Virus record (IMG/VR): IMGVR_UViG_3300021963_000027
Coordinates: 96,001-160,000 of that record
Length of the DNA: 64,000 nucleotides
Strand: one strand, 5' to 3'
Source: a virus
Shown piece by piece: positions 18,370 through 28,505 of this stretch; within the stretch, counting starts at the first letter, position 1, and each line of letters opens with the position of its first letter. The notes beneath the pieces were generated by a model. The model made no database searches. It saw nothing but the letters and a program-made list of their open reading frames with translations, and was not told the DNA's origin. The translations under genes were made by a program, and so were the position numbers.

Positions 18370-19778
18370 TAACATTTGATTATAAACCAACTAAGCGACA
18401 GGCGCAATTGATTACGGATTCCGAAACACTCGGTATGATCCGTAATCATTTTTCTGTTAAGAATGACGGTGCTTCTTTCGCTAAGAAGAAAGGACATCGT
18501 TTTGTAAAAGACCGTAAGTATGCAATCACGCCCACTGGTTTGTTTGACTTCGGATTTTATGGGGAGATTCTAAAACATCTAAGAGATAACCAAATTACCG
18601 ATATCACATTCACTGATGAATTTCGTGATAGATTGAAATGTGGCATTGGGAAATTCGAGTTCAAAGATGAACTTAAATATGATGCTCGTTATTATCAAAA
18701 AGATTCTATCATAGCTGGACTAGAGAAAGGTTATGGTGTTTTTCTATTAGCAACAGGAGCAGGTAAATCTCTAGCTCAAGCATTACTGATAGAAAATTAT
18801 ATGGAAAACGTATCAAATGATACATTCAAATGTCTTATCGTAGTTCCAGGTCTTTCTCTTGTAAATCAGTTACAAAAAGATTTCGAGGACTACCAAGTCA
18901 CATTCTCATATTCAGGTTGGACTGGTGAAAGTCCTTTGCAAGATACTCAAGTTGTTATATGCAATACTCAGAATTTAGGTTCCAAATTTACTGATAATCC
19001 TTGGATACTTGATGTGAATTTATTGATAGTCGATGAGTGTCACGGTGTCAATAGTGATGCCAATTTGTCAAAAATTATTAATAAAATTAAAACACCAAAC
19101 AAGTTCGGTTTTACAGGGACATTATCTGATAAACCATTGAATCAATGGAAAACGCTTGGTGTCTTTGGACCAGTGATTTATGAGAAGAAATCCAAAGAAT
19201 TGAGAGATGAGAAATATCTATCAAATGTTAATATAAATGTTTTAAAATTGAAACATTCAAAAACATATAAATTAAATTATAAACAAGAATTAGAATACTT
19301 ATATAAAAATGAAAAACGGAATGATTTTATTTGTAAATTGGCTGGCAAACTTAATGGTAACGTTCTTATTATGGTTAATCACTTGGAACATGGCGATTCT
19401 TTACTATCTGTTTTGTCTAATAAATTGGATAGACATATATATTTTGTCAAAGGTGAAGTCGATGTTCAAGAAAGACAAAAAATAATTGACATGATGGAAA
19501 AGAATGATAATATCATTTGTATTGCGATGTCATCTATCTTTTCCACAGGTATCAACATTAAAAATCTTCCAAATATTATGTTTGTTGGATTGGGTAAGAG
19601 CTTTATTCGTGTTGTTCAGTCAATTGGTAGAGGACTTCGTTTGCATGAAAGTAAAGACAAATTGAGGATATTTGATGTTGTCGATGATACCAAATATTCA
19701 TCTTCCCATGCCGAATACAGACAAGAAATTTATGATAAAGAAGATATCCAATGGACGGAAAGAACAATTGAAATATGA
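18366..19778 (+). CDS. uvsW: SF2 DNA helicase (UvsW-like)
   Basis: LATGAGKS, DECH, GFTGT, STGINI, QSIGRGLR. Confidence 0.92.
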   Translation: MITFDYKPTKRQAQLITDSETLGMIRNHFSVKNDGASFAKKKGHRFVKDRKYAITPTGLFDFGFYGEILKHLRDNQITDITFTDEFRDRLKCGIGKFEFKDELKYDARYYQKDSIIAGLEKGYGVFLLATGAGKSLAQALLIENYMENVSNDTFKCLIVVPGLSLVNQLQKDFEDYQVTFSYSGWTGESPLQDTQVVICNTQNLGSKFTDNPWILDVNLLIVDECHGVNSDANLSKIINKIKTPNKFGFTGTLSDKPLNQWKTLGVFGPVIYEKKSKELRDEKYLSNVNINVLKLKHSKTYKLNYKQELEYLYKNEKRNDFICKLAGKLNGNVLIMVNHLEHGDSLLSVLSNKLDRHIYFVKGEVDVQERQKIIDMMEKNDNIICIAMSSIFSTGINIKNLPNIMFVGLGKSFIRVVQSIGRGLRLHESKDKLRIFDVVDDTKYSSSHAEYRQEIYDKEDIQWTERTIEI

Positions 19779-20215
19779 GTAATAAAAATGAGTATTATGT
19801 AAACTCTAAAGAGTTTCGAGAACAATTAACATATTATTATGAGTCGGATAAGATGACTAATAATCTAGCATCTAACATTGTTAAAATAGCAGAGGGATTA
19901 TCATACAATCATCGATTTATTCGATATTCTCGAAGCTGGAAAGAAGAAATGGTGGGAGATGCGATTGTAAAAATGTATCATGCTTTGGAGAAAAAATTAT
20001 ATAATATTGAATCGGAATTCAACCCTTTCTCTTACTTTAATCGGATAGCATGGAACGCTTTTACGAACCGTATCAATAAGGAAAAAGGTCAACATGAAGG
20101 GTTGAACGAATATAAGGAGATGGTGTATATGGAAAACATGTCTGGTCCTGATGCAATGGGTCATGTGTATGTGAAACCAGTGATGGAGGGAGATGAATAC
20201 GATGATAATGATTAA
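19775..20215 (+). CDS. Late-transcription sigma factor (gp55-like)
   Basis: YYVNSKEF, KIAEGLS, EEMVGDA, NPFSYFNRIAWNAF; precedes gp47/gp46. Confidence 0.88.
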   Translation: MSNKNEYYVNSKEFREQLTYYYESDKMTNNLASNIVKIAEGLSYNHRFIRYSRSWKEEMVGDAIVKMYHALEKKLYNIESEFNPFSYFNRIAWNAFTNRINKEKGQHEGLNEYKEMVYMENMSGPDAMGHVYVKPVMEGDEYDDND

Positions 20216-21227
20216 GAAACCGAACGTAGCAATATTCTCTGACCTACACTTAGGTCTATATGGAAATTCGACAGAGTGGCACGAAATCGCTCTCAAGTGG
20301 GCAGATTGGATGGTTTCCGATTTGAAGAAAAAGAAAATCACAGACATTTTTTTCCTTGGTGACTTTTTCCATAACCGTTCAGAAATCTCTGTGCAGACAA
20401 TCCACGTTGCATCCGAATTGATTGCCAAATTCAAGAACTTTAATATGTTCATGGTGATTGGAAATCACGATGCTTTCTATAAAAATCGTAGTGATGTCCA
20501 TAGCTTGGGATTCCTCAAGGGTCATGACAATATCACTATTATTGATCAGAACTTGGAATTGGATGCGTTTGGTAAGAAGTTACTATTCGTCCCATGGAAT
20601 CACGAATTACCTGATGGTAAATTTGATCACATCTTTGGACACTTTGAAATCCAGACATTTCAGATGAACAATTACAAGGTCTGTGATCATGGATTCCAAG
20701 TTATGGATTTCCTCGCATCACGAACCACCAATGTTTGGTCTGGTCACTTCCATACTAAGAGTATCAAGAAATACAATGAAGGAACGATTCGATACATTGG
20801 TAATACTTTTCATCACGATTTCAACGATTGTGGAGATGACAAGGGTTATCACATTCTGAATCTGGAAGATGATTCCGTTGAATTTGTGAAGAATACGATG
20901 TCTCCTGAATTTATTAAAATTCCTCTGACTAAGATCAAGAATTATAAAGCAGAGGATATTGAAGGAAACATTATCAAGCTCATAGTTGACAAAGACATTG
21001 AAGATGATAAGGTGGAGAAGTTCAAAGTCTACCTGTCCAACTTCGCTCCTTTCCGTCTCACCACGGAATACAACGTGGCAACCAAGACAATCGGAGATGT
21101 TGAACAAGTCGATTCCATTGATATTGTTGGAATGTTTGATGAGTTCTACGAACAACTCAAGCTGGATGATGAGCAATTGGTAAGAGTGAAGAAAATAAAT
21201 GATGAGTTATACGAAAAGTGTAAATGA
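20208..21227 (+). CDS. Mre11/SbcD-like nuclease (gp47)
   Basis: SDLHLG, GDFFH, GNHD, GHFE, SGHFH. Confidence 0.92.
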   Translation: MIKKPNVAIFSDLHLGLYGNSTEWHEIALKWADWMVSDLKKKKITDIFFLGDFFHNRSEISVQTIHVASELIAKFKNFNMFMVIGNHDAFYKNRSDVHSLGFLKGHDNITIIDQNLELDAFGKKLLFVPWNHELPDGKFDHIFGHFEIQTFQMNNYKVCDHGFQVMDFLASRTTNVWSGHFHTKSIKKYNEGTIRYIGNTFHHDFNDCGDDKGYHILNLEDDSVEFVKNTMSPEFIKIPLTKIKNYKAEDIEGNIIKLIVDKDIEDDKVEKFKVYLSNFAPFRLTTEYNVATKTIGDVEQVDSIDIVGMFDEFYEQLKLDDEQLVRVKKINDELYEKCK

Positions 21228-22141
21228 AAAAAATCTTATATAAAAATTTATCGGGTCAGAATTTCCTCAGTATTGGAAACGACCAGATTGTGATTGATTT
21301 CCAATCTGGTTTTAACCTGATTACTGGAAAGAATCTGGATAATCCAGATCGTGTAAACGGTATTGGGAAAAGCTGCATCGCAGAACTTTTCTACTATGCT
21401 CTGTTTGGTAAAACCATCCGTGATATCAAAAAAGAATTCATCATCAACAATATCACCAAAGGAAAGGGTGCTATTGAGCTTACGTTCGACGTAGAGACTG
21501 ACAATGACACTCAGACATATACAATCAAGCGACAACTCAAACCAAGCTCTGTGACGCTCCTGAGAGGCGAAGAAGACATTACCAAGGACTCCATTGCCAA
21601 CACTGATAAATTCATCTGTGATTTGATTGGTTCCAATCCTGTGATTTGCCGTAGCTGTGATATTTTGTCATTGTCTGATAATGTCCCATTCATGGCAAAG
21701 AAGCCTGAAGAGAAGCGCAAATTCATCAATGATATTTTCTCTCTGGAAGTCTTTGGTAAGATGAGCAACGAATTGAAGAATCTGATCCGCGAAAACAAAT
21801 CGGACATGAATATTTCTTCTGCTAAATTGGAGGAAATTGATAACACTCTGGAAACCCTGAACAGACAACAGGAGGATTACCAAAAGAAAGTCCAAGAGCG
21901 AGAAGAAATTCTTGAACAAAAACGCAAGGAGATCCAAGAGAAGATCGACGAAACAGTGGAAAAGATTGCTAAAATATCCATAACAGATGTCTCATCAATA
22001 CAATTGGAGCAAGAGAAGTATCATGAAGCTTGGAGAAAATTGGATGGAAAGATCGGTCATGTGAACGATGCGATTTCATCCAAGGAGACTTTGAGAAAAT
22101 TGAAGGTGAAAGAAATTGAACAAATTGAGAAAGTTATATGA
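21224..22141 (+). CDS. Rad50/SbcC-like ATPase (gp46), N-terminal half
   Basis: QNFLSIG, NGIGKS Walker A, coiled coil; stops before the zinc hook. Confidence 0.88.
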   Translation: MKKILYKNLSGQNFLSIGNDQIVIDFQSGFNLITGKNLDNPDRVNGIGKSCIAELFYYALFGKTIRDIKKEFIINNITKGKGAIELTFDVETDNDTQTYTIKRQLKPSSVTLLRGEEDITKDSIANTDKFICDLIGSNPVICRSCDILSLSDNVPFMAKKPEEKRKFINDIFSLEVFGKMSNELKNLIRENKSDMNISSAKLEEIDNTLETLNRQQEDYQKKVQEREEILEQKRKEIQEKIDETVEKIAKISITDVSSIQLEQEKYHEAWRKLDGKIGHVNDAISSKETLRKLKVKEIEQIEKVI

Positions 22142-23214
22142 TAAGATTTGTTAAAAGAGATATAGGGAAATGGAGAAATCACGAAGGAAAAATACCTGAT
22201 AAAATTATGGAATTTGATAATGAAGATTCATTGTTAAAATACATAAAAACACTTTTCCCGAAAATGGAAAACGATGAAAAATTCCCACTTCATATCAAAG
22301 ACAATATGGTAATTCAATGGACAGTTATAGGATATATAAAAAAAATTATGATTAAATGTGATAAGTGCCTCCAAGATGTTCCCCATACTCATGTGGAACA
22401 TCTGGAGAAGATGAAAGAACAATATCAATCGGAATTGGATGATATTGTCAAGGAAATTGATGAATTGAAAGAACAAAAATCTCAATTCCATTCGAAAAAA
22501 GAAAAGGTTCAAGCTAAGGTAGCTGAGTTTCAGGATCAAATCAATGAATCGAAAGTCACCAAACAAAAATTGGAAGGTTTGGAAAATAGTCTCAAGCAAT
22601 ACAAAGATTCTTTGAACAACTTGAAGCTGGAAGAATTACCTAAACCAAATTTTGAGGAAAGTATTCAAAATACTTGGGTGAGACAAAATACTGAGAATGA
22701 TAATTTCCGAATGCTTAAACAGAAATCAGATGATTATGAAATCTGTAAATTTGTTCTTGGTGAAGAAGGTGTTCGTAGCTTTGTGGTGAAGAGACTTCTT
22801 TCCATGATGAACGCAAGCATTCAGCAATACATCAACGATCTTGGTATGTCCATCCGTTGCAAATTTGACGAATACTTTGATGAGCAGCTTTCCAATGACA
22901 AAGGTAAGGAGATTTCCTACTGGAACTTGAGCGGTGGTGAACGTAGAACAGTTGACCTCGCGTGTGCGTGGGCGTTCAAGGACTTGAAGAGAAAGATTTC
23001 TGGAGTGTCGTCTAATGTGGAATTTTTCGATGAATACCTTGATTCCACTTTAGATTCCATGGGAATTGATAAGTTAATCGAACAAATCAAACAACGAATT
23101 GATAGATTTGATCTTTCTGTTTATGTGATTTCTCATAGAACAGAAACCGCCAAACATGTTACTGGTGAAATTGTTGAACTTTCGAAAGAAAATGGTATAA
23201 CATCGAGAAAATAA
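22138..23214 (+). CDS. Rad50/SbcC-like ATPase (gp46), C-terminal half with ~70-aa unrelated N-terminal extension
   Basis: CDKC zinc hook, LSGGE signature, FFDE Walker B, ISH. Confidence 0.88.
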   Translation: MIRFVKRDIGKWRNHEGKIPDKIMEFDNEDSLLKYIKTLFPKMENDEKFPLHIKDNMVIQWTVIGYIKKIMIKCDKCLQDVPHTHVEHLEKMKEQYQSELDDIVKEIDELKEQKSQFHSKKEKVQAKVAEFQDQINESKVTKQKLEGLENSLKQYKDSLNNLKLEELPKPNFEESIQNTWVRQNTENDNFRMLKQKSDDYEICKFVLGEEGVRSFVVKRLLSMMNASIQQYINDLGMSIRCKFDEYFDEQLSNDKGKEISYWNLSGGERRTVDLACAWAFKDLKRKISGVSSNVEFFDEYLDSTLDSMGIDKLIEQIKQRIDRFDLSVYVISHRTETAKHVTGEIVELSKENGITSRK

Positions 23215-23239
23215 CCAGCATTTGATTAAGTAGGATTAT

Positions 23240-24253
23240 ATGGAATATGTAATTACTAAAAAAATCAACGGTGGTAGGTTGGTCGGGGAAGAACAAAATA
23301 TTTTGAAAATGTATTATGATGATGGTCTATCTTTTCCTAAAATATCCGAAATTTATAATTATAAAGATTCCAAATTTATAAGAAAATTTTTTAAAGATAA
23401 TGGGTATAAATCAAGATCATCGGGAGAATATCATATACACGATATATGTATTAATCACAAAGATGATATTATAGAAATGTATTTGAATAACGAATCAAGT
23501 GTTGATATCGCTAATAAATATGATATTGATGTCGGAACGGTTTTAAATTGTTTACGAAGAAATAATATTAAAATAAGAAATTTTATCGAAGCTAGAAACA
23601 CTGAAAAGGTTAGGGGGTTGTGTAATAAGTTTAAAATTTCAGATGACGAAAGTATAAATTATATTGTAGAATCTTATAAAAGTGGTAAGACTGTTGATGA
23701 TTTGGCTAAAGAATTTTCTTGTGATAATATAACACTTAAAAAAATATTATTGAGAAATAACGCGACAATCAGAGGACTTGATAAATGTCAAACCGATGAA
23801 TCTAATAATAAAAGACAAAAAACTCTACAATGTAGATACGGTGTAAACGGTGTAATGCAAAATGAAGATTTTTTTGTAAAACAGCAAAAATCAGCCAAAA
23901 AATATAAAAAAGCTATAATCGATGGGGTTGAAATTGTTTATCAGGGATATGAATTAAAGGCTATTTACAGGCTGATCGATGAAGGTTATAACATAAGGGA
24001 AATTGAAAACGGGAAATATAAAGTTCCGAAATTTGAATATTCGTGGAATGGTAAAAAAAGAGTGTATTACCCAGATATATACATACCTAAAGATAATAGA
24101 ATTGTGGAGGTAAAGTCTTCTTATTTTTACGAAAAAGAGATGGAGAGGAATCTTGCAAAACGAGATTCAGTGTTAAAAGCTGGTTACAAATTCGATTTTT
24201 ATATTATGGATACATATGAGAAAGAAAATGGGATAACTAGAAGAGTGAATTAA
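23240..24253 (+). mobile_element. Free-standing PD-(D/E)XK homing-endonuclease-like gene with three HTH-like repeats
   Basis: Three Y..G/N.S/T..D/KIA..Y repeats; YYPDIYIPKDNRIVEVKS nuclease motif. Confidence 0.75.
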
Positions 24254-24256
24254 ATA
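24251..24256 (+). promoter_or_regulatory. Late promoter core TAAATA
   Basis: N5 to ATG(24262). Confidence 0.6.
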
Positions 24257-24261
24257 TTATA

Positions 24262-24636
24262 ATGAATGATATTATGAATATAGGTTTGATTTATGAGTCG
24301 ATAAATCAAAATTTTTTATACCACGCTACCTACAAACCATTAATTAAAAATATTAAAAAATTTGGATTGGGTGGTAATCCGAAAAAAAGAAAAAATTGGG
24401 AGGATTCCAAAGATGTTGTGTATTTGGCGAATGATCCTGATGTTGCGGAATCATATGCAGAAGAATCAGAATTGGTTAATGAAGATTGGTTGGATGAAAT
24501 TGTTATTTTCAAAATTGATACCAATAATTTAGATATTAATTTGTTAAAAAATGATGAAAACGTTAGAAATGATGATCAAGATACGTTCGAGTATTATGGA
24601 ATAATACCGTATGATTTTTTATTGAGGATTAAATAA
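24262..24636 (+). CDS. Putative ADP-ribosyltransferase-fold (Tpt1/KptA-like) protein
   Basis: LYHAT...IKKFGL...VYLA...VIFKID pattern. Confidence 0.55.
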   Translation: MNDIMNIGLIYESINQNFLYHATYKPLIKNIKKFGLGGNPKKRKNWEDSKDVVYLANDPDVAESYAEESELVNEDWLDEIVIFKIDTNNLDINLLKNDENVRNDDQDTFEYYGIIPYDFLLRIK

Positions 24637-24758
24637 TTGATAAAAATTCGTTATCCGTCTATGCCATCTCTCATAGAAAGGAAATGGAGAAGCATGTTAC
24701 TGGTGAAATTGTCTTCCTTGAAAAAGAAATGGGAGTTACTAGAAGACTAAATATATAA
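24636..24758 (+). pseudogene. Orphan copy of the gp46 3' end
   Basis: Translates IDKNSLSVYAISHRKEMEKHVTGEIVFLEKEMGVTRRLNI*, versus gp46 IDRFDLSVYVISHRTETAKHVTGEIVELSKENGITSRK*. Confidence 0.85.
24748..24753 (+). promoter_or_regulatory. Late promoter core TAAATA
   Basis: N5 to GTG(24759). Confidence 0.6.
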
Positions 24759-25406
24759 GTGAAAAGTAAAAATTATTTCTCAGATATTGCAAACATTTAT
24801 TCGAGGATTATAAACGAATCTCCCGATAATATTACAATTATCGATGATAATGGTCATCGTAAATATCTTTCGTATGATAGCACTCCAAATGCTTATACAG
24901 GTCTTATCGGTAGAGATGGTGAATATGTCTTGTCTAAAGACATTGTGGGGCATAGTAATTTGATTGCTGCTATTAATAGTAGTGATGACGATATTATTCA
25001 AAAATTAATAACTAATGCTGATGATGTCGAAGATTTGAAAAGATTGGCAAGAGAAAGAATAAAAATAAGAATCTGGAAAAATCAAAAAGTTTATAGCATG
25101 TGGGATAAATATGATCCTTCATATGAAGATGCTATTAAAGATTCTCTGAAAGCAATAGGCGAAAATTATCAAGATTATAAATATGATAATGAATATGAAG
25201 AGTATGCAAATTTTCGTGACGCTGATACTTTTTTTGTAAACACTTTAACAGATGAACAAAAAGAAGAGAAAATGAAAGCTGAAATGGAAAAACGTGCAGC
25301 CGATAGAGCTTTAGCAGATAGAATAGCTGGTGTCAGACGAAAAGCTTCGAGTGATTATGACGCTCCTTATAAAAAACCTTCTTGGATGAATAGAGAAGGG
25401 GATTGA
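24759..25406 (+). CDS. Hypothetical protein, putative head-packaged
   Basis: IANIYSRIINE leader; late motif. Confidence 0.7.
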   Translation: MKSKNYFSDIANIYSRIINESPDNITIIDDNGHRKYLSYDSTPNAYTGLIGRDGEYVLSKDIVGHSNLIAAINSSDDDIIQKLITNADDVEDLKRLARERIKIRIWKNQKVYSMWDKYDPSYEDAIKDSLKAIGENYQDYKYDNEYEEYANFRDADTFFVNTLTDEQKEEKMKAEMEKRAADRALADRIAGVRRKASSDYDAPYKKPSWMNREGD

Positions 25407-25434
25407 CATTTCAGATTAATACATAATTAATATT

Positions 25435-26622
25435 ATGTTTAATAATCAACCATTCGCATCTCCTTTCCCAACGACTCCTTTTCAAACACCAAATAAAAAT
25501 AAAGAAGAACCCAAAAAAGGTAATGTTTATTTAAATTTTGTAGCGGATCGTCAGGGATGTGGACAATGGCGAGTAGGTTGGCCTGAACATCACATCAATA
25601 TGAATAATCTTGGTGAGTCTACATCACTCACTAAGATGATTTTCGATAAAAATTGGTTTCGAGATATTAAAACTGTCAAATTGCAAAGACAAGCATCTAC
25701 CCCTCAAAAACAATATTTTGAATTTCTCAAGAGCATTCAAGCAGAAATGGGATTCAAGATTATCTATGAAGTGGATGATGTTGTATTTCGTGAAGAGATT
25801 CCTGATTATAATTCAGGAAAACCATCGTTCGATAATGACGAAATCCGTCAAAATTGCGTTGACATGATGCGAATGGCAGATGAAGTCACAGTCACATGCA
25901 AGTTCATGCGTGATCTGTTTATCGAGAAAACAGGTCAAGGAAAAATCTCTGTGATTCCAAATTTTCCACCTGAATGGTGGATTGGACATTATTACGATTC
26001 TTATAAAATTGCTAAAAATTATGATAAAAATCGTAAAAAACCAAGAATCTTGTATTCTGGTTCAGGAGCGCACTTCGATGTGAAGAATGGTGGACAAGAT
26101 GATTTTTCTCATGTGTTGAAATTTATTATCGATAATAGATATAAATATCAATTCATTTTCATCGGCGCATTCCCTCCACAATTGCATCCATACATTCAAA
26201 ATGGAGAAATTGAATTCCATCATTGGCAGACATTGACGAATTATCCGAAATTTATTTCCGAATTAAACGTGCAGTTGACTCTTGCACCTTTGATGGATAA
26301 TAATTTCAATAAATCGAAGTCAGATATCAAATATATTGAAGGTGCTGTTTTGGGTATCCCTTGCATGTGTCAGGATTTAGTGACTTATGCAGATGTTCCT
26401 GATTTTCTGAAATTTAAAAATTCAGAGGACTTAGCTCTAAAAGTAGAGCAATTACTGAATTATAAAAATCGTGATCGTTATCACAATTTATCCAAAGAAT
26501 TGAGAAAACTTGGTGAAACGAGATTCCTCGAAAGACCTGAAAATATTGGAGCGTTTCTAGAATCAATGAATACACCATTTGGTGATCCATCTCGAAGATT
26601 TATGAAATACTGGAATGATTGA
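25435..26622 (+). CDS. GT-B fold glycosyltransferase (GT4-like)
   Basis: GCGQWR, YEVDD, ADEVTVT, LAPL..NNFNKSKSDIKYIE. Confidence 0.8.
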   Translation: MFNNQPFASPFPTTPFQTPNKNKEEPKKGNVYLNFVADRQGCGQWRVGWPEHHINMNNLGESTSLTKMIFDKNWFRDIKTVKLQRQASTPQKQYFEFLKSIQAEMGFKIIYEVDDVVFREEIPDYNSGKPSFDNDEIRQNCVDMMRMADEVTVTCKFMRDLFIEKTGQGKISVIPNFPPEWWIGHYYDSYKIAKNYDKNRKKPRILYSGSGAHFDVKNGGQDDFSHVLKFIIDNRYKYQFIFIGAFPPQLHPYIQNGEIEFHHWQTLTNYPKFISELNVQLTLAPLMDNNFNKSKSDIKYIEGAVLGIPCMCQDLVTYADVPDFLKFKNSEDLALKVEQLLNYKNRDRYHNLSKELRKLGETRFLERPENIGAFLESMNTPFGDPSRRFMKYWND

Positions 26623-26623
26623 T

Positions 26624-28039
26624 TTATCGGCTTATTTCCTCCCAGTCCATAGAAGCATATAACCCCGTAGTTCCGCTAGAACTATTAACACCAGCAACCA
26701 ATGTTAGCTCATAAGGAGTATTGGTAAATGAATTTCTCTCTAATTGAAATTTAAATAATGCTTCTTTTAGAATATCTACACCTGAAGAGCTTTGATTGTT
26801 AGAAGATATATACCCGCTAGCTAATACTCTACCACCAGCAAAACTTGTACCACTGATGTTGTATTCTACGGAACTATTTATTCCTGCACTTAACCAAGAT
26901 CCTCCTGTTGTTGTTCCACTGGCTACAACTCTCCAATTATAGACTTTATTATCTCCTGCACCTAAAATAGATAATGCAGTTAAAATAACAATAGCATCTA
27001 ATCTATCTGGAGAAGATCTTAGTTTAATAGAAACAATTGGATAATATGTATTTGCAGCCGCAAAGGTTCTTGGGGTATCAATTGGGATAGATGCTGCTTG
27101 TTGTAAGCCTCTTAACTCGTAACCACCTTCAGATATAGCAGTGCTACAAACTTGTTTTAATTTACTCGGTCCTGAAGTTGCAGCTTTATTTTCAATTTCA
27201 TATCTAAGCGGTAGTGATGCTGTTGTAATGTATGTTGAGTCAATTAAGTTAGCATGGTGAAAGTAATGGCAAGCTACAAACTGACCATTGATAACAAATC
27301 CTGTTCTCACAGTACCTAGACCGAGCCATTCAATGTCAGCCCATAGAATCTGCGCTTTTGTGATGTCTAGAGTAATTCCAGATTTTCCTGATCCGTCTAA
27401 GCGATCTACATTCCATTGTGATTGAGGGATACGGTTGGATGAAAGCGATCCAGAAGTAATGCTACGTTCAACCATGTAAAGAGTGCTATCGTCTAACTCT
27501 AAGTAGATACCATTATCAACACCAAAATAACCAACACGTTGTCTAAGATTTGTCTTGGCTTGGTTGAAGGTGAATGTATTTAACAGCTGTAAGCTCTTAC
27601 CAGGTTGATATGCAAATACTTTAGTAGTTTCGCGGTACACTTTAGAGCCGCTTAGAGCGTCAACTTTCAATTCTACAAGACCTTGATTTTGAACGAATTC
27701 CGCAGAAGCAGAGGTTGTTGTAGTTCCACCTGTTAATGTTGCCCAAAGGTTGTTATCCGCATATCTATGAGACGAGTCAAAAAGAGTCAAAGGACTTGAT
27801 GTTCTCGTTCTTCCGAATGCGTCACTTGCCATGTTGAAATTGCCACTAAAGTTGCTTGTCGTGTCATCAATATTTTTTACCAAAACAGCATATTTTGGAT
27901 ATTCGACTATTTGGGGAGAACCGAAAGATGGATCTGCCATTGCCGATGTTGCTGGAAATCTGACATCATTTACAATCTCAACAAATTTACCGCTTTCGGT
28001 ATTTGCAGCGTTTGTCCATACTTTAGTATTAATTGGCAT
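26624..28039 (-). CDS. Putative virion structural protein
   Basis: 471 aa, Ser/Thr/Gly-rich beta-type sequence; DAFGRTRTSSPLTLFDS; late motif. Confidence 0.6.
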   Translation of the reverse strand: MPINTKVWTNAANTESGKFVEIVNDVRFPATSAMADPSFGSPQIVEYPKYAVLVKNIDDTTSNFSGNFNMASDAFGRTRTSSPLTLFDSSHRYADNNLWATLTGGTTTTSASAEFVQNQGLVELKVDALSGSKVYRETTKVFAYQPGKSLQLLNTFTFNQAKTNLRQRVGYFGVDNGIYLELDDSTLYMVERSITSGSLSSNRIPQSQWNVDRLDGSGKSGITLDITKAQILWADIEWLGLGTVRTGFVINGQFVACHYFHHANLIDSTYITTASLPLRYEIENKAATSGPSKLKQVCSTAISEGGYELRGLQQAASIPIDTPRTFAAANTYYPIVSIKLRSSPDRLDAIVILTALSILGAGDNKVYNWRVVASGTTTGGSWLSAGINSSVEYNISGTSFAGGRVLASGYISSNNQSSSGVDILKEALFKFQLERNSFTNTPYELTLVAGVNSSSGTTGLYASMDWEEISR

Positions 28040-28044
28040 ATTTT

Positions 28045-28050
28045 TATTTA
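28045..28050 (-). promoter_or_regulatory. Late promoter core TAAATA
   Basis: N5 to ATG(28039). Confidence 0.6.
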
Positions 28051-28075
28051 ATCATTTGATGAGGTTAATATCGTA

Positions 28076-28103
28076 TTGACTTTTGCATTTCGTGGTTTAT
28101 CAT
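28076..28103 (+). promoter_or_regulatory. Sigma70-type promoter, probably leaderless
   Basis: TTGACT-N16-TATCAT; 6 nt to ATG(28110). Confidence 0.5.
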
Positions 28104-28109
28104 TTTTTT

Positions 28110-28502
28110 ATGTATAGGAATTGTATTTACAACAACCGTGAGCGTAAGATTTTCTTATGGACATGGGATGAAAACGGAGAGCGTGTAAAAGAAGAACACG
28201 ACTTCAAACCATATATTCTTTTAGAGGATAAAGGTGGTAAAGAGAAATCCATCTATGGGACTCCTCTCAAAAAGAAAGAATTTGCTTCTTCGTATGACAG
28301 AAATAATTTCGTAAAAGATAGTAATATCAAGCGAATCTACGAAAACCTTCCCCCATATCAACAATTTTTGATTGATAATTATTGGTCAGTTTGTGAGGAT
28401 GACAATTTCTCCCAATATCCTTTGAAGGTTGCTTATCTAGACATCGAGTGTCCATGTTCTAATTATACAAGTGATCATGAAGTTAAAATACGTAAAAAAT
28501 AG
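28110..28502 (+). CDS. Family B DNA polymerase (gp43), N-terminal fragment ending just after ExoI
   Basis: FKPY..., LKVAYLDIECP (ExoI DxE), then stop. Confidence 0.85.
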   Translation: MYRNCIYNNRERKIFLWTWDENGERVKEEHDFKPYILLEDKGGKEKSIYGTPLKKKEFASSYDRNNFVKDSNIKRIYENLPPYQQFLIDNYWSVCEDDNFSQYPLKVAYLDIECPCSNYTSDHEVKIRKK

Positions 28503-28505
28503 AAT

